From Candidatus Omnitrophota bacterium (lineage in GTDB: Bacteria; Omnitrophota; Gorgyraeia; Zapsychrales; Zapsychraceae), in NCBI GenBank assembly GCA_015233115.1, contig JADFYJ010000001.1, forward strand, positions 67,084 to 131,083: a stretch of DNA of 64,000 nt. The letters are read 5' to 3'. The first letter of the stretch is position 1, and the number at the start of each line of letters is the position of its first letter. Shown in pieces: positions 1-8,814 of this stretch. Position numbers and translations under genes: made by a program. A model generated the notes under the pieces. That model did no database searches. It was not told the origin of the DNA and saw only the letters and a list, made by a program, of their open reading frames with translations.

Positions 1-2
1 GC

Positions 3-26
3 GGGCGATCGGGTGATCGCCCCTAC
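3..26 (-). repeat. GTAG-type REP-like palindrome
   Basis: GGGCGATC-GGGT-GATCGCCC-CTAC: 8-bp stem with GTAG tetranucleotide on the - strand, the layout of RAYT-associated REPs. Confidence 0.6.
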
Positions 27-85
27 GACGATTTTTTTGAAATTTTGGTTTTTGATTTTTTATTTGCTTTTTTAAGTATATCAAG

Positions 86-125
86 TTTTTACTCGGTTAC
101 TTTGTTACTCGGTTACTAGGTTACT
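86..125. repeat. Octamer tandem repeat (nnGTTACT)x4-5, right-arm type
   Basis: CGGTTACT TTGTTACT CGGTTACT AGGTTACT; shares CGGTTACTAGGTTACT with 52825-52840; the partner arm may lie upstream of the window. Confidence 0.85.
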
Positions 126-142
126 CTATAGAGATAAAATTT

Positions 143-1006
143 ATGAGACATAACACGGATTGGTTTGACAACAAGCATTCACTGATCATTATGGTCGGGG
201 CGGCGTTATTGGTGATTCTTTTGGCCGTTAATTTTTTGTCAAATGATACGCCTGACCGCGCGCATGTGTTGCGGATTTCGGGGCCGGTGGTGATCGAGCG
301 AGCCGGAGAAAAAATTATACCTAGCGCTGGTATGCTTTTAAATGGCCAGGATAAAATTTTGACCGGCGAGGGATCATTTGTCGAAGTCGCTTATGATGAT
401 AATTTTAAGGATGTGGTCCGCATTGAAGCCAATTCTAAAGTTGTTTTTGAAAGCGCCAGGATCGAAAAGCAAACCACGCTTTTCATGGATCGCGGGGAAA
501 TGAAATTAAAATTAGATAAATTGGAAAAAGGCTCTACGTTTAAAGTCCGCACGCCCGTCGCGATTGCCGGTGTCAGAGGAACGGCTTTCGGAATGAAATT
601 TCAGGGGGATCAGGTTGTGATCACGGATTTTGAAAGTAAAATATTTGTCAAAGGATTAAATGATAATTTTGTGGAGATGAAGGACGAGCTTTTATTAAAT
701 GACGGATGGAAAGTCCGGGTTGCGCAATTCGAAAAACCGTCGCGGGTCGAGCGGATGACGGATGACGAGCATCTTTTATGGCAATCCTGGTTAAATGAAA
801 TTAACTCTTTACCTAAGGATAGTCTTGTGAATAATAGCTCTTACTCGAACTTCGCGGACATGAAAGAGTCTTTAACGCGCCGGGCCGCTTCTCAGTTATC
901 ACTGATCATAACCCGCACGGCTTCTTCAGCGTCAACGCTGGCCGTCATGCTGTTCGCGGTTTTAGTTCTTGGAACAGGAAAGGTAGTGGAAAAAGTATGG
1001 GCATAA
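143..1006 (+). CDS. Membrane-anchored FecR-domain protein
   Basis: N-terminal TM helix, FecR-like motifs (DKILTGEGS, FKVRTPVAIAGVRGTAF), hydrophobic C-terminal helix. Confidence 0.75.
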   Translation: MRHNTDWFDNKHSLIIMVGAALLVILLAVNFLSNDTPDRAHVLRISGPVVIERAGEKIIPSAGMLLNGQDKILTGEGSFVEVAYDDNFKDVVRIEANSKVVFESARIEKQTTLFMDRGEMKLKLDKLEKGSTFKVRTPVAIAGVRGTAFGMKFQGDQVVITDFESKIFVKGLNDNFVEMKDELLLNDGWKVRVAQFEKPSRVERMTDDEHLLWQSWLNEINSLPKDSLVNNSSYSNFADMKESLTRRAASQLSLIITRTASSASTLAVMLFAVLVLGTGKVVEKVWA

Positions 1007-1752
1007 CGAAAATAGTTGAACATGATGAGCATATTGAACAATTGTGGTATATGAAGGAACAGGGTGAGGTTTCCGTTGATTTTTTAAAAACGTCAATGGG
1101 AAATACTTATAATGAAAAAGTGATTGAAGAGCTTTTTAACAGCGGCTTGATTGATTTAAGTCAAAACGCTTTGATTATTAAACTGTCCGACGATGGAGAA
1201 GCCCGCGCCCGTCAATTGATCAGAGCTCACCGTTTAGCGGAACGTTTAATCGCGGATGTTTTGGGCGGAGGGGGAACTGATCTGGAAAAAATTGCGTGTG
1301 AATTTGAACATACAGTTTCAGCCGAATTAGTCAATAGCATCTGTACTTTGTTAGGCCACCCGAAAGAATGCCCGCATGGTATGCCAATTCCTGAGGGAGA
1401 GTGTTGCCGTCTGGCTTTAAAAACTGAGTTGAGTTTGATCGTGCCTTTATCTGATCTTAAATTGGGAGAAACAGCCCGCATTGCATATATTAACTGCCGT
1501 AATGATCAGCAGATTCATAAACTTGAGGGATTGTGTATCAGGCCGGGCGTGATTGTTAAACTTCACCAAAATTACCCGACTTATGTTATTGAATGCGAGG
1601 GCGCCAGCATTGCCTTGGATAAAGAAGTGATCGCGAATATTTGCGTTTGGAAAAATGCTCAGCCTTCGGTTAGCGCGGCGGATCAGAAAAAATTGGATAA
1701 AAAAAATAACGGCAAAAGTTTGAGTAAATTTTTTCACCTTTTTAAAAAATGA
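997..1752 (+). CDS. DtxR/MntR-family metal-dependent regulator with C-terminal FeoA domain
   Basis: HRLAE, ACEFEH and HPKECPHGMPIP metal-site motifs; C-terminal PLSDLKLGE..LEGLCIRPG FeoA/SH3-like domain. Confidence 0.9.
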   Translation: MGITKIVEHDEHIEQLWYMKEQGEVSVDFLKTSMGNTYNEKVIEELFNSGLIDLSQNALIIKLSDDGEARARQLIRAHRLAERLIADVLGGGGTDLEKIACEFEHTVSAELVNSICTLLGHPKECPHGMPIPEGECCRLALKTELSLIVPLSDLKLGETARIAYINCRNDQQIHKLEGLCIRPGVIVKLHQNYPTYVIECEGASIALDKEVIANICVWKNAQPSVSAADQKKLDKKNNGKSLSKFFHLFKK

Positions 1753-1762
1753 GGAGAATTTC

Positions 1763-2932
1763 ATGGAGCAGCAATTAGAAGAGTTGCGTTTAAAAGAGAA
1801 GAAGCTGATTTATTTACTCGGTGAGACCATGTTTAATTTGTATAAGTCTCAAGGCGTGCGTTTTCTTTATACCTCTGCCGGTGAAGAAAAAGAAAAGGAG
1901 GTGACAAAATTAGTCAGATTGTTGGATTATATCGAGGACCGAATCGTTAAAATAGAAGAAATTTACAACGAGGAAGATGCGGAAGATGAAGCGGAATGTG
2001 AATGTGAATGTACAGAATGCGAATCAGAAGAAATGGAAGATAGCGCTGAAGACATGGCTGAAGCGGTAGCTGTTGAACCTGATTCCGAAATTATTTTAGG
2101 CGAAGAATCGCCCAAACAGGATGATGTCGTGGCTTTGGCTGAAAAACTGCTTCGACCCGATAAAGAAGTAGAATTAGAAGTAGAAATGATTACTCCGGTT
2201 GAGGCGGTAATCATGGACACGGTTGAAAATATATCGACTCCGGATTTGCCGATTGTTCAAGAAACCGCGGAGTCAACAGACGTGCTGCAAAATATTCTAG
2301 AATCTGCCGTGTTTGTTTCTGAGGCGGATAAAAATCTTTTTGAAAAAAATGTCAAACAGTATAAAAAAGGAACAGAACGCGAGCGGGAAGTCAGTATAAA
2401 CCAGATTTCGCATACGGTCAGCAATGAAGAACTCAAAAAAGTGTACCTTTTTGTGATGAAAGATTCCAGCGTTGCTGTTAGGCTGGCAGTTATGAAAAAC
2501 ATTTCGAGGATGAAGGAAAACGAAACTGCCGGATTCTGGGAATTGGGTTTGCATGACTCTGATATAAAAGTTAGAACCACAGCCATCAAAGGGATCGGCA
2601 CCCATGTTACAGATGCCCACCGGGAAGTTTTGGAAAATCTTCTAAATGATAATGACCCTTTAGTGCGTGGTTTGGCTGTGACATATCTGGGTATGTATTA
2701 TGGAAAGGACGGAGTTCTTAAGGCTTTGACGGCCTGGGAGGATGAAAGTCCTTACGTGCGGACAAGTTTAATTGAAATGATGTCTATAGTGAAGCCGGAA
2801 GGCGCGCTCTTGACGATCAAAAATTTATTATCTGATACTGATGAAGGTGTTAAGAAAGAAGCTGAAAAAGCACTCAAAAAAATTATGCCGGAAAGAAAAA
2901 GGGAAGGAACTCATGACAAACGAAAACGATAA
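1763..2932 (+). CDS. HEAT-repeat protein with acidic, Cys-containing linker (Mad23-like architecture)
   Basis: GAGGAG RBS; C-terminal PBS/HEAT repeats (DSDIKVRTTAIKGIG, DNDPLVRGLAVTYLG, DESPYVR); acidic linker containing ECECECTEC. Confidence 0.8.
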   Translation: MEQQLEELRLKEKKLIYLLGETMFNLYKSQGVRFLYTSAGEEKEKEVTKLVRLLDYIEDRIVKIEEIYNEEDAEDEAECECECTECESEEMEDSAEDMAEAVAVEPDSEIILGEESPKQDDVVALAEKLLRPDKEVELEVEMITPVEAVIMDTVENISTPDLPIVQETAESTDVLQNILESAVFVSEADKNLFEKNVKQYKKGTEREREVSINQISHTVSNEELKKVYLFVMKDSSVAVRLAVMKNISRMKENETAGFWELGLHDSDIKVRTTAIKGIGTHVTDAHREVLENLLNDNDPLVRGLAVTYLGMYYGKDGVLKALTAWEDESPYVRTSLIEMMSIVKPEGALLTIKNLLSDTDEGVKKEAEKALKKIMPERKREGTHDKRKR

Positions 2933-3383
2933 AAAATCAGGTAAAGAGAATTTTTTAAAAACCGTTTCCTACGGAACCGGAATAATCTGCAAGAAAGTCG
3001 CCGGCATTGGTAAAGTTGCGCAAACGAAACAATGGAAGAATGTTGTATCATCGACTCATAAATTATGTGATAAGGTTGGAACGAAAACCATGACGGTGGT
3101 GGAAAAAGTAAAGACCTCGGTTAAAAAAGGCACCAAAGATATCAGCAAATCTTTTGCCGCAGGGATGGAATCGGTCGAGAAAAAAGAAACAGCCAAAGAG
3201 ACGGCAATGTCTGTTAAAAAAACCGTAACTCCGGCGAAAAAGGTTGCTTCCAAAACCGCGGGCAAGCCTAGAACTGCGGCGAAAAAAAATGCGCGTAAAG
3301 CGGCGGTTGAAAAAAATGTTCCGATTAACGTTGATTTAGAAAAAGAGATTGATAGTATAACGATGGGCGTTAAAGAATCTTAA
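2913..3383 (+). CDS. Small Lys-rich hypothetical protein
   Basis: ATG 2913 after GGAAGGAA RBS; K/A/T-rich, histone-like tail; overlaps the preceding stop. Confidence 0.7.
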   Translation: MTNENDKKSGKENFLKTVSYGTGIICKKVAGIGKVAQTKQWKNVVSSTHKLCDKVGTKTMTVVEKVKTSVKKGTKDISKSFAAGMESVEKKETAKETAMSVKKTVTPAKKVASKTAGKPRTAAKKNARKAAVEKNVPINVDLEKEIDSITMGVKES

Positions 3384-3387
3384 AACG

Positions 3388-3519
3388 GTATGTGGCATGT
3401 AGTATGTAGTTAAAACGATAGATTGGAAAAACGATTACTAAAATCATATGTTTTAGATGTTTTGTTTTTTAAAAATGATAAATTTTTTTGCGACATGCAA
3501 CATGCTACGAACGACATAC
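3388..3519. repeat. Inverted heptamer-array element (GTATGTR x3 ... NACATRC x4)
   Basis: Left GTATGTG GCATGTA GTATGTA (3388-3408); right GACATGC AACATGC TACGAAC GACATAC (3492-3519); AT-rich spacer. Confidence 0.75.
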
Positions 3520-3544
3520 TTTTAAAATTAGGATGCGCAGCATA

Positions 3545-5551
3545 ATGGCCAAAAAAAACAAGCAAGAGATTCTTCAGGAATGCGACACCCAGTTTGATTC
3601 TCTATTTACATCTTTTGGTAAATTGTTGTATGAGAACATTCAAGCTGGTGGCATCTCCTTTTATTTTGATCCTCCGGACGCTGTTTTGACTGCTAGGGCA
3701 AAGCGTTATATCCGGGATATTGTGGTGCAAAAAATTTCTGACAAAAAAGTCAAACCAATGCCGCAAAAAACTGTTCCTAAAGTTGTTCCTAAAGCTGTTC
3801 CAAAAGTTGTGGCTGTGCCGGTTTTGAAACCTAAAAAAAATCAGGTTACGGCTATTTTCAATGGCGCGAAAAATGTTATTATGGGTAAACGGAAAGAAAA
3901 TAAACCGGCCTCTTTAGGCATAGACCGCCGGGGGCAGTTAGAATCATACACGCATTTGGTCGTTGATCTCCATGTCTTTGCCAAAAAGCTTTCTCTCGTT
4001 CAGAAAGATTTTAATCAATGTATTATTAAGGATCTTTTAAGCTCGCCTGGAGAGCAGATTTCATCTTATCAATCGGCGGTTGACGAAAAAATCCGGGAGA
4101 TCATATTATTGATGGCTAAGAAGCAGGAGGTTATAAAAACGATTATGGAAAAGAAAAGACAATTCTTTGCGGAACATACTGGAGCCAAAATGTGGAAACC
4201 CGAAGAAGATTTTTTGAAGCAGGTGCAACAGGACGCGGTTGAAACCACACAACGTATTGATGGTTTAATCAGTGAAGTGGTTGACCTTTTTAAAAACATT
4301 AAAGAACTTTATGATCATGACCTTGAACAGCACCGCTTAGTTCAGGAACAGGAAAAATTGCGGCAAGATTTGGTATCAACGTTTCCTGATTCATCTGTAT
4401 CTTCAGAGATTGACTTGCCAGTTTTGGAAAACACGCCGGAAGAAATTCCTGAATCTTTGGCTGTTTTAGAATCTATTTCTAAAAGTGTACCTGAAGAATC
4501 AGAACAACCTGAACTGCTCGAACCACCAGAACATCTTGAACAGCCAGAACAGCCCGATGAACAAGTGATCATGGTTCCGATCGCGGAACAACAGATCGAT
4601 CAAATTACTGAACAGGAACCGATCCGTCCCACTGAAGAAATTCTGGAGGAAGTGGAAGATTATGGATTGTTCGAAACGGCTGCGCGAAAGTTAGGAAGCG
4701 AAGTTGTAGATAAAGACCAAAAACTTGAAATTTTGCATATGCTCTTTCGCAATTCACCGAAAAAAGTCGTGCCGTTCTTATATGAATTTGTCAGGGATGC
4801 GGATATATTTCCAAAACGTCAATTGTTATTTTTATTAAATATGTTGGATTATCCGGCTATGGTTGGTGTTTACCGCCGATTTGTAACGGATGAAAATTCG
4901 TCAATGCGTCTGCAGGGAGTAATGGGTTTAGTCAAGTTAGATTCTATTGAATCAAAACAAGTGATCGCGACAGCCATTCATGATCGCGATCCGCATATTC
5001 GTAGATTTATTGTGAACCATTTAGATCACAGGGGTAGTGATCCTGAAGCGACAGCGATCGGGCGTTTAGCTGGCGACAGCGATGAGAATGTCGCGCGGAT
5101 TGCCATCCGTAAATTAGGATTAATGGGGAATCATTTCGCGTTTGTCTCTTTAGTTCCCAAGCTTGAGTCTCCGAATATTAAGATCCGTAAAGAAGTTATT
5201 AGTGCTTTGAAAGTCCTGACAGGCACAGATCTCGGATATAATTATGCCGCGACTGACAGTGAATTAAAACGTCATGTCCAGCCGTGGAAGACTTTGGCTA
5301 AGGAAAGTTATATGCATCCTCGTTTGTTACGGGATTTGAAATTAAAACATCTTCCGGCGCCGGGCACACCCAGACTCCAGACTGTAATTTCTAAAGAACC
5401 AAAAAAAACATCTGTAACTTCACAGAGGTCAGTGGTGGCAAAGAAAAAGACTCCGGTCGTGGCCCCCAAAAAAATATTTGCTCCTGCAAAAAGTTCGCAA
5501 CGGATGGCAGTGGTTGTAAATAAAAAAACTGTTAAAAAGAATAAAAGATGA
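3545..5551 (+). CDS. Large coiled-coil/HEAT-repeat protein with basic tail
   Basis: Likely start ATG 3545 (MAKKNK); central helical region, PE-rich linker, HEAT repeats (DENSSMRLQGV, DRDPHIRR, DSDENVAR), K-rich C-terminus. Confidence 0.75.
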   Translation: MAKKNKQEILQECDTQFDSLFTSFGKLLYENIQAGGISFYFDPPDAVLTARAKRYIRDIVVQKISDKKVKPMPQKTVPKVVPKAVPKVVAVPVLKPKKNQVTAIFNGAKNVIMGKRKENKPASLGIDRRGQLESYTHLVVDLHVFAKKLSLVQKDFNQCIIKDLLSSPGEQISSYQSAVDEKIREIILLMAKKQEVIKTIMEKKRQFFAEHTGAKMWKPEEDFLKQVQQDAVETTQRIDGLISEVVDLFKNIKELYDHDLEQHRLVQEQEKLRQDLVSTFPDSSVSSEIDLPVLENTPEEIPESLAVLESISKSVPEESEQPELLEPPEHLEQPEQPDEQVIMVPIAEQQIDQITEQEPIRPTEEILEEVEDYGLFETAARKLGSEVVDKDQKLEILHMLFRNSPKKVVPFLYEFVRDADIFPKRQLLFLLNMLDYPAMVGVYRRFVTDENSSMRLQGVMGLVKLDSIESKQVIATAIHDRDPHIRRFIVNHLDHRGSDPEATAIGRLAGDSDENVARIAIRKLGLMGNHFAFVSLVPKLESPNIKIRKEVISALKVLTGTDLGYNYAATDSELKRHVQPWKTLAKESYMHPRLLRDLKLKHLPAPGTPRLQTVISKEPKKTSVTSQRSVVAKKKTPVVAPKKIFAPAKSSQRMAVVVNKKTVKKNKR

Positions 5552-5886
5552 CCAATACGATAAAACAAACACCAACTAAAAGAGCTCCCCGTAAAACCGC
5601 GGCTGTAAAAAAATCCATGACCGGAATTGGCACCCGTATGTCGGAAAGCGCGGAACGCGTCGCGGATATTATTCTTGAGGATAATCCCGGGGAAAAAAAA
5701 TCTAAAACGAAAAAAATTACTGACGAAACTCTTACGATGTTTAAGAGTGTGGCAGAACAAGTCAGAACCAATCTGAAAGATGTGCGTCCACAGGATTTTG
5801 TGGGCGATTTAGCTTATGGCGCAGGCAGAATTTCAGGAGCGACCAAACGAGCGCTGAGCCGCTTATATGATAATTTAACTGATTAA
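5548..5886 (+). CDS. Small basic hypothetical protein
   Basis: ATGA overlap with upstream gene; 112-aa ORF. Confidence 0.7.
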   Translation: MTNTIKQTPTKRAPRKTAAVKKSMTGIGTRMSESAERVADIILEDNPGEKKSKTKKITDETLTMFKSVAEQVRTNLKDVRPQDFVGDLAYGAGRISGATKRALSRLYDNLTD

Positions 5887-6066
5887 TGGTAGATCCTCTC
5901 CGCCTTTGGGGAGAAAACCGGGTCTGGGGCTCCCCATAGTTTTTAAAAACTTAAAGGCAGTTAGACTTAATCGGTTTTCTGTTCAGCATATGGTTAAGAA
6001 TATTTAAGATAATATTTTAACATAATTTGTTAAAATGAAGTCTAACAGAGGGCAGGGTGAGGGGAT

Positions 6067-6249
6067 ATGAATAATAAATTTTTTAACGATCTTGGCCAGC
6101 AATTTTACGCGTGGTACCGGGACCATAAAATTCGTTTTGAATATGGCGGGCAAAGTAAGGACCTGGAGCTAGAAGTTGAACGCATTACAGGACTTATAAA
6201 TTATGTAGAGAAGAAAAAAGCGTCACTTCTTGACAAAAAAATAATTTGA
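6067..6249 (+). CDS. 60-aa protein homologous to the N-terminal module of the 1763-2932 HEAT protein
   Basis: GAGGGG RBS; gapless alignment LG..FY..Y....IRFEY.......E.EV.....L..Y.E with the 1763 N-terminus. Confidence 0.7.
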   Translation: MNNKFFNDLGQQFYAWYRDHKIRFEYGGQSKDLELEVERITGLINYVEKKKASLLDKKII

Positions 6250-6267
6250 AATAATACGTATAACTTC

Positions 6268-6296
6268 TTGATTTTGTTTTTGTTTCTCTTTATAAT
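6268..6296 (+). promoter_or_regulatory. Sigma70-type promoter
   Basis: TTGATT-17 bp-TATAAT upstream of the HEAT/ParA/actin genes. Confidence 0.7.
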
Positions 6297-6361
6297 AAGT
6301 GCAGTTTATAGATAATTCATTTAATTTTCTAAACAAAGCACCCGTTTTCGACGAGGAATTT

Positions 6362-7441
6362 ATGCCAACAGAAAAAACAGCAGCTGGTTCCAATGATTTC
6401 GCGCGCTTTTTAGGATCAACTATCCGACGAGTGGAAAATGATTTCAAATTTTTGACTTTATTCCCTAAGCGTCCATTGCCTAAACCTGTGGCCGTGAAAA
6501 AAGAAATTCCGATTGCTGCTGTTTCCGTTCCTGTTCCCGTTGTTGCAAAGCCTTTGCCGTCGGTGACTTCAGTTAAAATTAATATTCCCGAGCCGGTTAT
6601 TTTTGAAAAAACCAAACCCGCTGTCCCCCATGCTGAAGCGTCACCGGTTGCCGTGGAAAAAATAATTCCCTTGTCAGCTGAAGAGAAAAAATATATTAGC
6701 AAAGAACAAGGATTAAAAAATATTACGTTTGTTAATAAGGCCGAACAAGTTAAAGCGGAAATTTATTTCCGTGATTTACAGTCGTCCAGCCGAGCTTTGC
6801 GTGTTGATGCCTTGCGTGAGATCAGGAAGCTTTCACGGCCGACAGTTATAGCGATATTGGAACAACTCTTGTCCGTCGAAACAGATACGTTACAGATTAT
6901 CGAATTGGTTAATGCTTTAGCCGCGGTTAGTGAAGACACCCAAATCCCTAAAAATTTATTCCGAAAATATATTTCTCATCCTGATGCCGGCATTCGTTTA
7001 GCGGCACTGCGGGCCATTTCAAAATACCGGGATGAAGAAAGTTTTAATGTTTTAACGACCTATCTAAAAGATAAAGATTCGGAAGTCCGCCGGCAAATGA
7101 TTAATTGTTTATGCTGGTCCTTCGGTGAACGCTGTCTGCCGTACGTGATTGTCGCGTTGCATGATTCTGATCCCATTGTCCGTAAGGCGGCCACCCAGAT
7201 TGCCGGTGTTTTAAAATCTAAGCAGGCGATTTCTTCCTTGATTACTCTATTGAGCGATCAGCATGAAGAAGTTCAGTCCGGCGCGGCAGCCGCTTTGAAA
7301 AAAATAACCAAAGAAGATTTTGATTTCAAGGTGACAGGGACAAAAAGAGAAAAAGATGATGCTATCGAATCCTGGCGTTTTTGGTGGAGAGAAAACCAAA
7401 CCCAATTCGAACGAGCTAAAGATAAATTTGTAATTAAATAA
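6362..7441 (+). CDS. HEAT-repeat protein, Mad23-like
   Basis: Start re-called to ATG 6362 (GAGGAA RBS); Pro-rich linker; HEAT repeats; C-terminal LKKITKEDFDF...ESWRFWWREN tail like deep-branching Mad23 as I recall it. Confidence 0.7.
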   Translation: MPTEKTAAGSNDFARFLGSTIRRVENDFKFLTLFPKRPLPKPVAVKKEIPIAAVSVPVPVVAKPLPSVTSVKINIPEPVIFEKTKPAVPHAEASPVAVEKIIPLSAEEKKYISKEQGLKNITFVNKAEQVKAEIYFRDLQSSSRALRVDALREIRKLSRPTVIAILEQLLSVETDTLQIIELVNALAAVSEDTQIPKNLFRKYISHPDAGIRLAALRAISKYRDEESFNVLTTYLKDKDSEVRRQMINCLCWSFGERCLPYVIVALHDSDPIVRKAATQIAGVLKSKQAISSLITLLSDQHEEVQSGAAAALKKITKEDFDFKVTGTKREKDDAIESWRFWWRENQTQFERAKDKFVIK

Positions 7442-7464
7442 ATGTATATACCAAGGAGGCTGTT

Positions 7465-7650
7465 ATGAAGGGATTACTAATTGCAGTAGGAGTGGTTTTC
7501 GCGGGTTTTGTGGGATACAAAATTATTGAGAAGAAAAATCCCGCACTTTTTAAAAAGATCAAGGGCAATATTACTAATGCCGGAAAAAATATGTCAGCAA
7601 TGGTGGAAGAGGCGAAAGAATCATTTTATGAAGGTTACGCTCAAGGCTAA
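7465..7650 (+). CDS. Small single-pass membrane protein
   Basis: AGGAGG RBS; N-terminal hydrophobic helix followed by amphipathic helix ending AKESFYEGYAQG. Confidence 0.8.
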   Translation: MKGLLIAVGVVFAGFVGYKIIEKKNPALFKKIKGNITNAGKNMSAMVEEAKESFYEGYAQG

Positions 7651-7665
7651 TAAAGGGAAATAACT

Positions 7666-8040
7666 ATGGCTGTCAATAAATCAACTTTTAAAAAATGTTC
7701 GGTCAAGGGTTGCCGCAATAAAGGACTGGCTAATGGCCGCTGTCTAAAGCATGCTAAGATCTCTGCGTCAACGCATGTCGCTCCTGTTAAAAGAACTGTA
7801 TCGCATATCAAAAAGGTACGCGCGGCGCATGTTGAACATGTTAAAGAACCAGAAGTAAAAGTGGTTCATGCCGCGCCAGAAGAGAAAAAAGTATTAAAGC
7901 TTGAAGCGCCAGCGGTTATGAAACATAAAGAACAAAAAGTTTCTGGCCGACATAAAGGACCCCTTAATTCTGTTTGTTATTGGGCCGGTACGTTTTTTAG
8001 CGACACGACGGAGATTTTTAAAATACAAAAGGCGAAATAA
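7666..8040 (+). CDS. Small basic protein with N-terminal Cys/His zinc-finger-like motif
   Basis: CSVKGC-x9-CLKH (C-x4-C...C-x2-H); His/Lys-rich. Confidence 0.7.
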   Translation: MAVNKSTFKKCSVKGCRNKGLANGRCLKHAKISASTHVAPVKRTVSHIKKVRAAHVEHVKEPEVKVVHAAPEEKKVLKLEAPAVMKHKEQKVSGRHKGPLNSVCYWAGTFFSDTTEIFKIQKAK

Positions 8041-8043
8041 TTT

Positions 8044-8814
8044 ATGATGAGACGAATATGTGTCGCGAATCAAAAGGGCGGGGTTGCTAAAACTACGACC
8101 TCATTAAATTTGGCGGCTGAACTGGCGCGGGCAGGTAAAAAAGTTGTTTTGATCGACATGGATCCTCAGTTTTCTTCGACGGCAGCCATTTTTGGCAATC
8201 AACGTTTTGAATTTAATATTTATAATGTCATTGTTGATAAGATGGATATCCATTCGGTTATCCAGCATTCAGACGCTTTTGGCATTGACGTTGTGCCAAG
8301 CGATATTGAATTGTCCGGCGCTTCCTTGAGGATTAATGAGCAGATCGGGCGGGAAAAAGTTTTGTACCATTATACCCGCAAACTGAAATATGATTATATG
8401 ATCGTGGACGCGCCGCCGTCTTTGGGCTTGCTAACTGTCAACGCTTTGACCGCGTGCGATGAACTGCTGGTTCCGATTTGTCCTGAATTTTTTTCGTTAA
8501 AGGGGATTAAACTTCTGGAAGAGATAGTGGAGAATGTACGGGTCGGGTTAGGGTGCGATATTAAAATTACGGGTGTGGTGATTACGCGTTATCGCGAAAG
8601 GTTAGTGACGAATGAAGCGAGGAACGCGATCAGAAATTATTTTGGCAAGAAAGTATTTAAAATTGAAATTCCTGAAAATATAAAGTTAGAAGAAGCTCAC
8701 AACGCCCATCTGCCGGTGTATAAGTACGATGTGAAATCAAAGGGGGCGGAAGCGTACCATCAATTAGCAAAGGAGATTATGAATGGGAGATTCCAGAAAA
8801 ATCCAAGCAAGTAA
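8044..8814 (+). CDS. parA: ParA/Soj-family ATPase (no parB in window)
   Basis: Deviant Walker A NQKGGVAKTTT, IDMDPQ, DAPPSLGLLTVNAL, IPENIKLEEA. Confidence 0.93.
   Translation: MMRRICVANQKGGVAKTTTSLNLAAELARAGKKVVLIDMDPQFSSTAAIFGNQRFEFNIYNVIVDKMDIHSVIQHSDAFGIDVVPSDIELSGASLRINEQIGREKVLYHYTRKLKYDYMIVDAPPSLGLLTVNALTACDELLVPICPEFFSLKGIKLLEEIVENVRVGLGCDIKITGVVITRYRERLVTNEARNAIRNYFGKKVFKIEIPENIKLEEAHNAHLPVYKYDVKSKGAEAYHQLAKEIMNGRFQKNPSK

Noticed and set aside
116-128. TAGGTTA as a DtxR box half-site
   Set aside because: It is part of the octamer repeat, also found at 52832, and has no symmetric second half.
3488-3544. ORF-track start at 3488 (likewise the 52841 start)
   Set aside because: These TTG starts read through repeat arms; better RBS-linked starts are at 3545 and 52868.
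5960-6046. GTTAGAC...GTCTAAC as an integron attC site
   Set aside because: The order is opposite to attC (RYYYAAC...GTTRRRY), and there are no L boxes, integrase or cassette array.
6067-7441. Programmed frameshift joining the 60-aa ORF to the HEAT gene
   Set aside because: In-frame TAATAA stops precede the downstream ORF, and a good promoter and RBS lie between the two.
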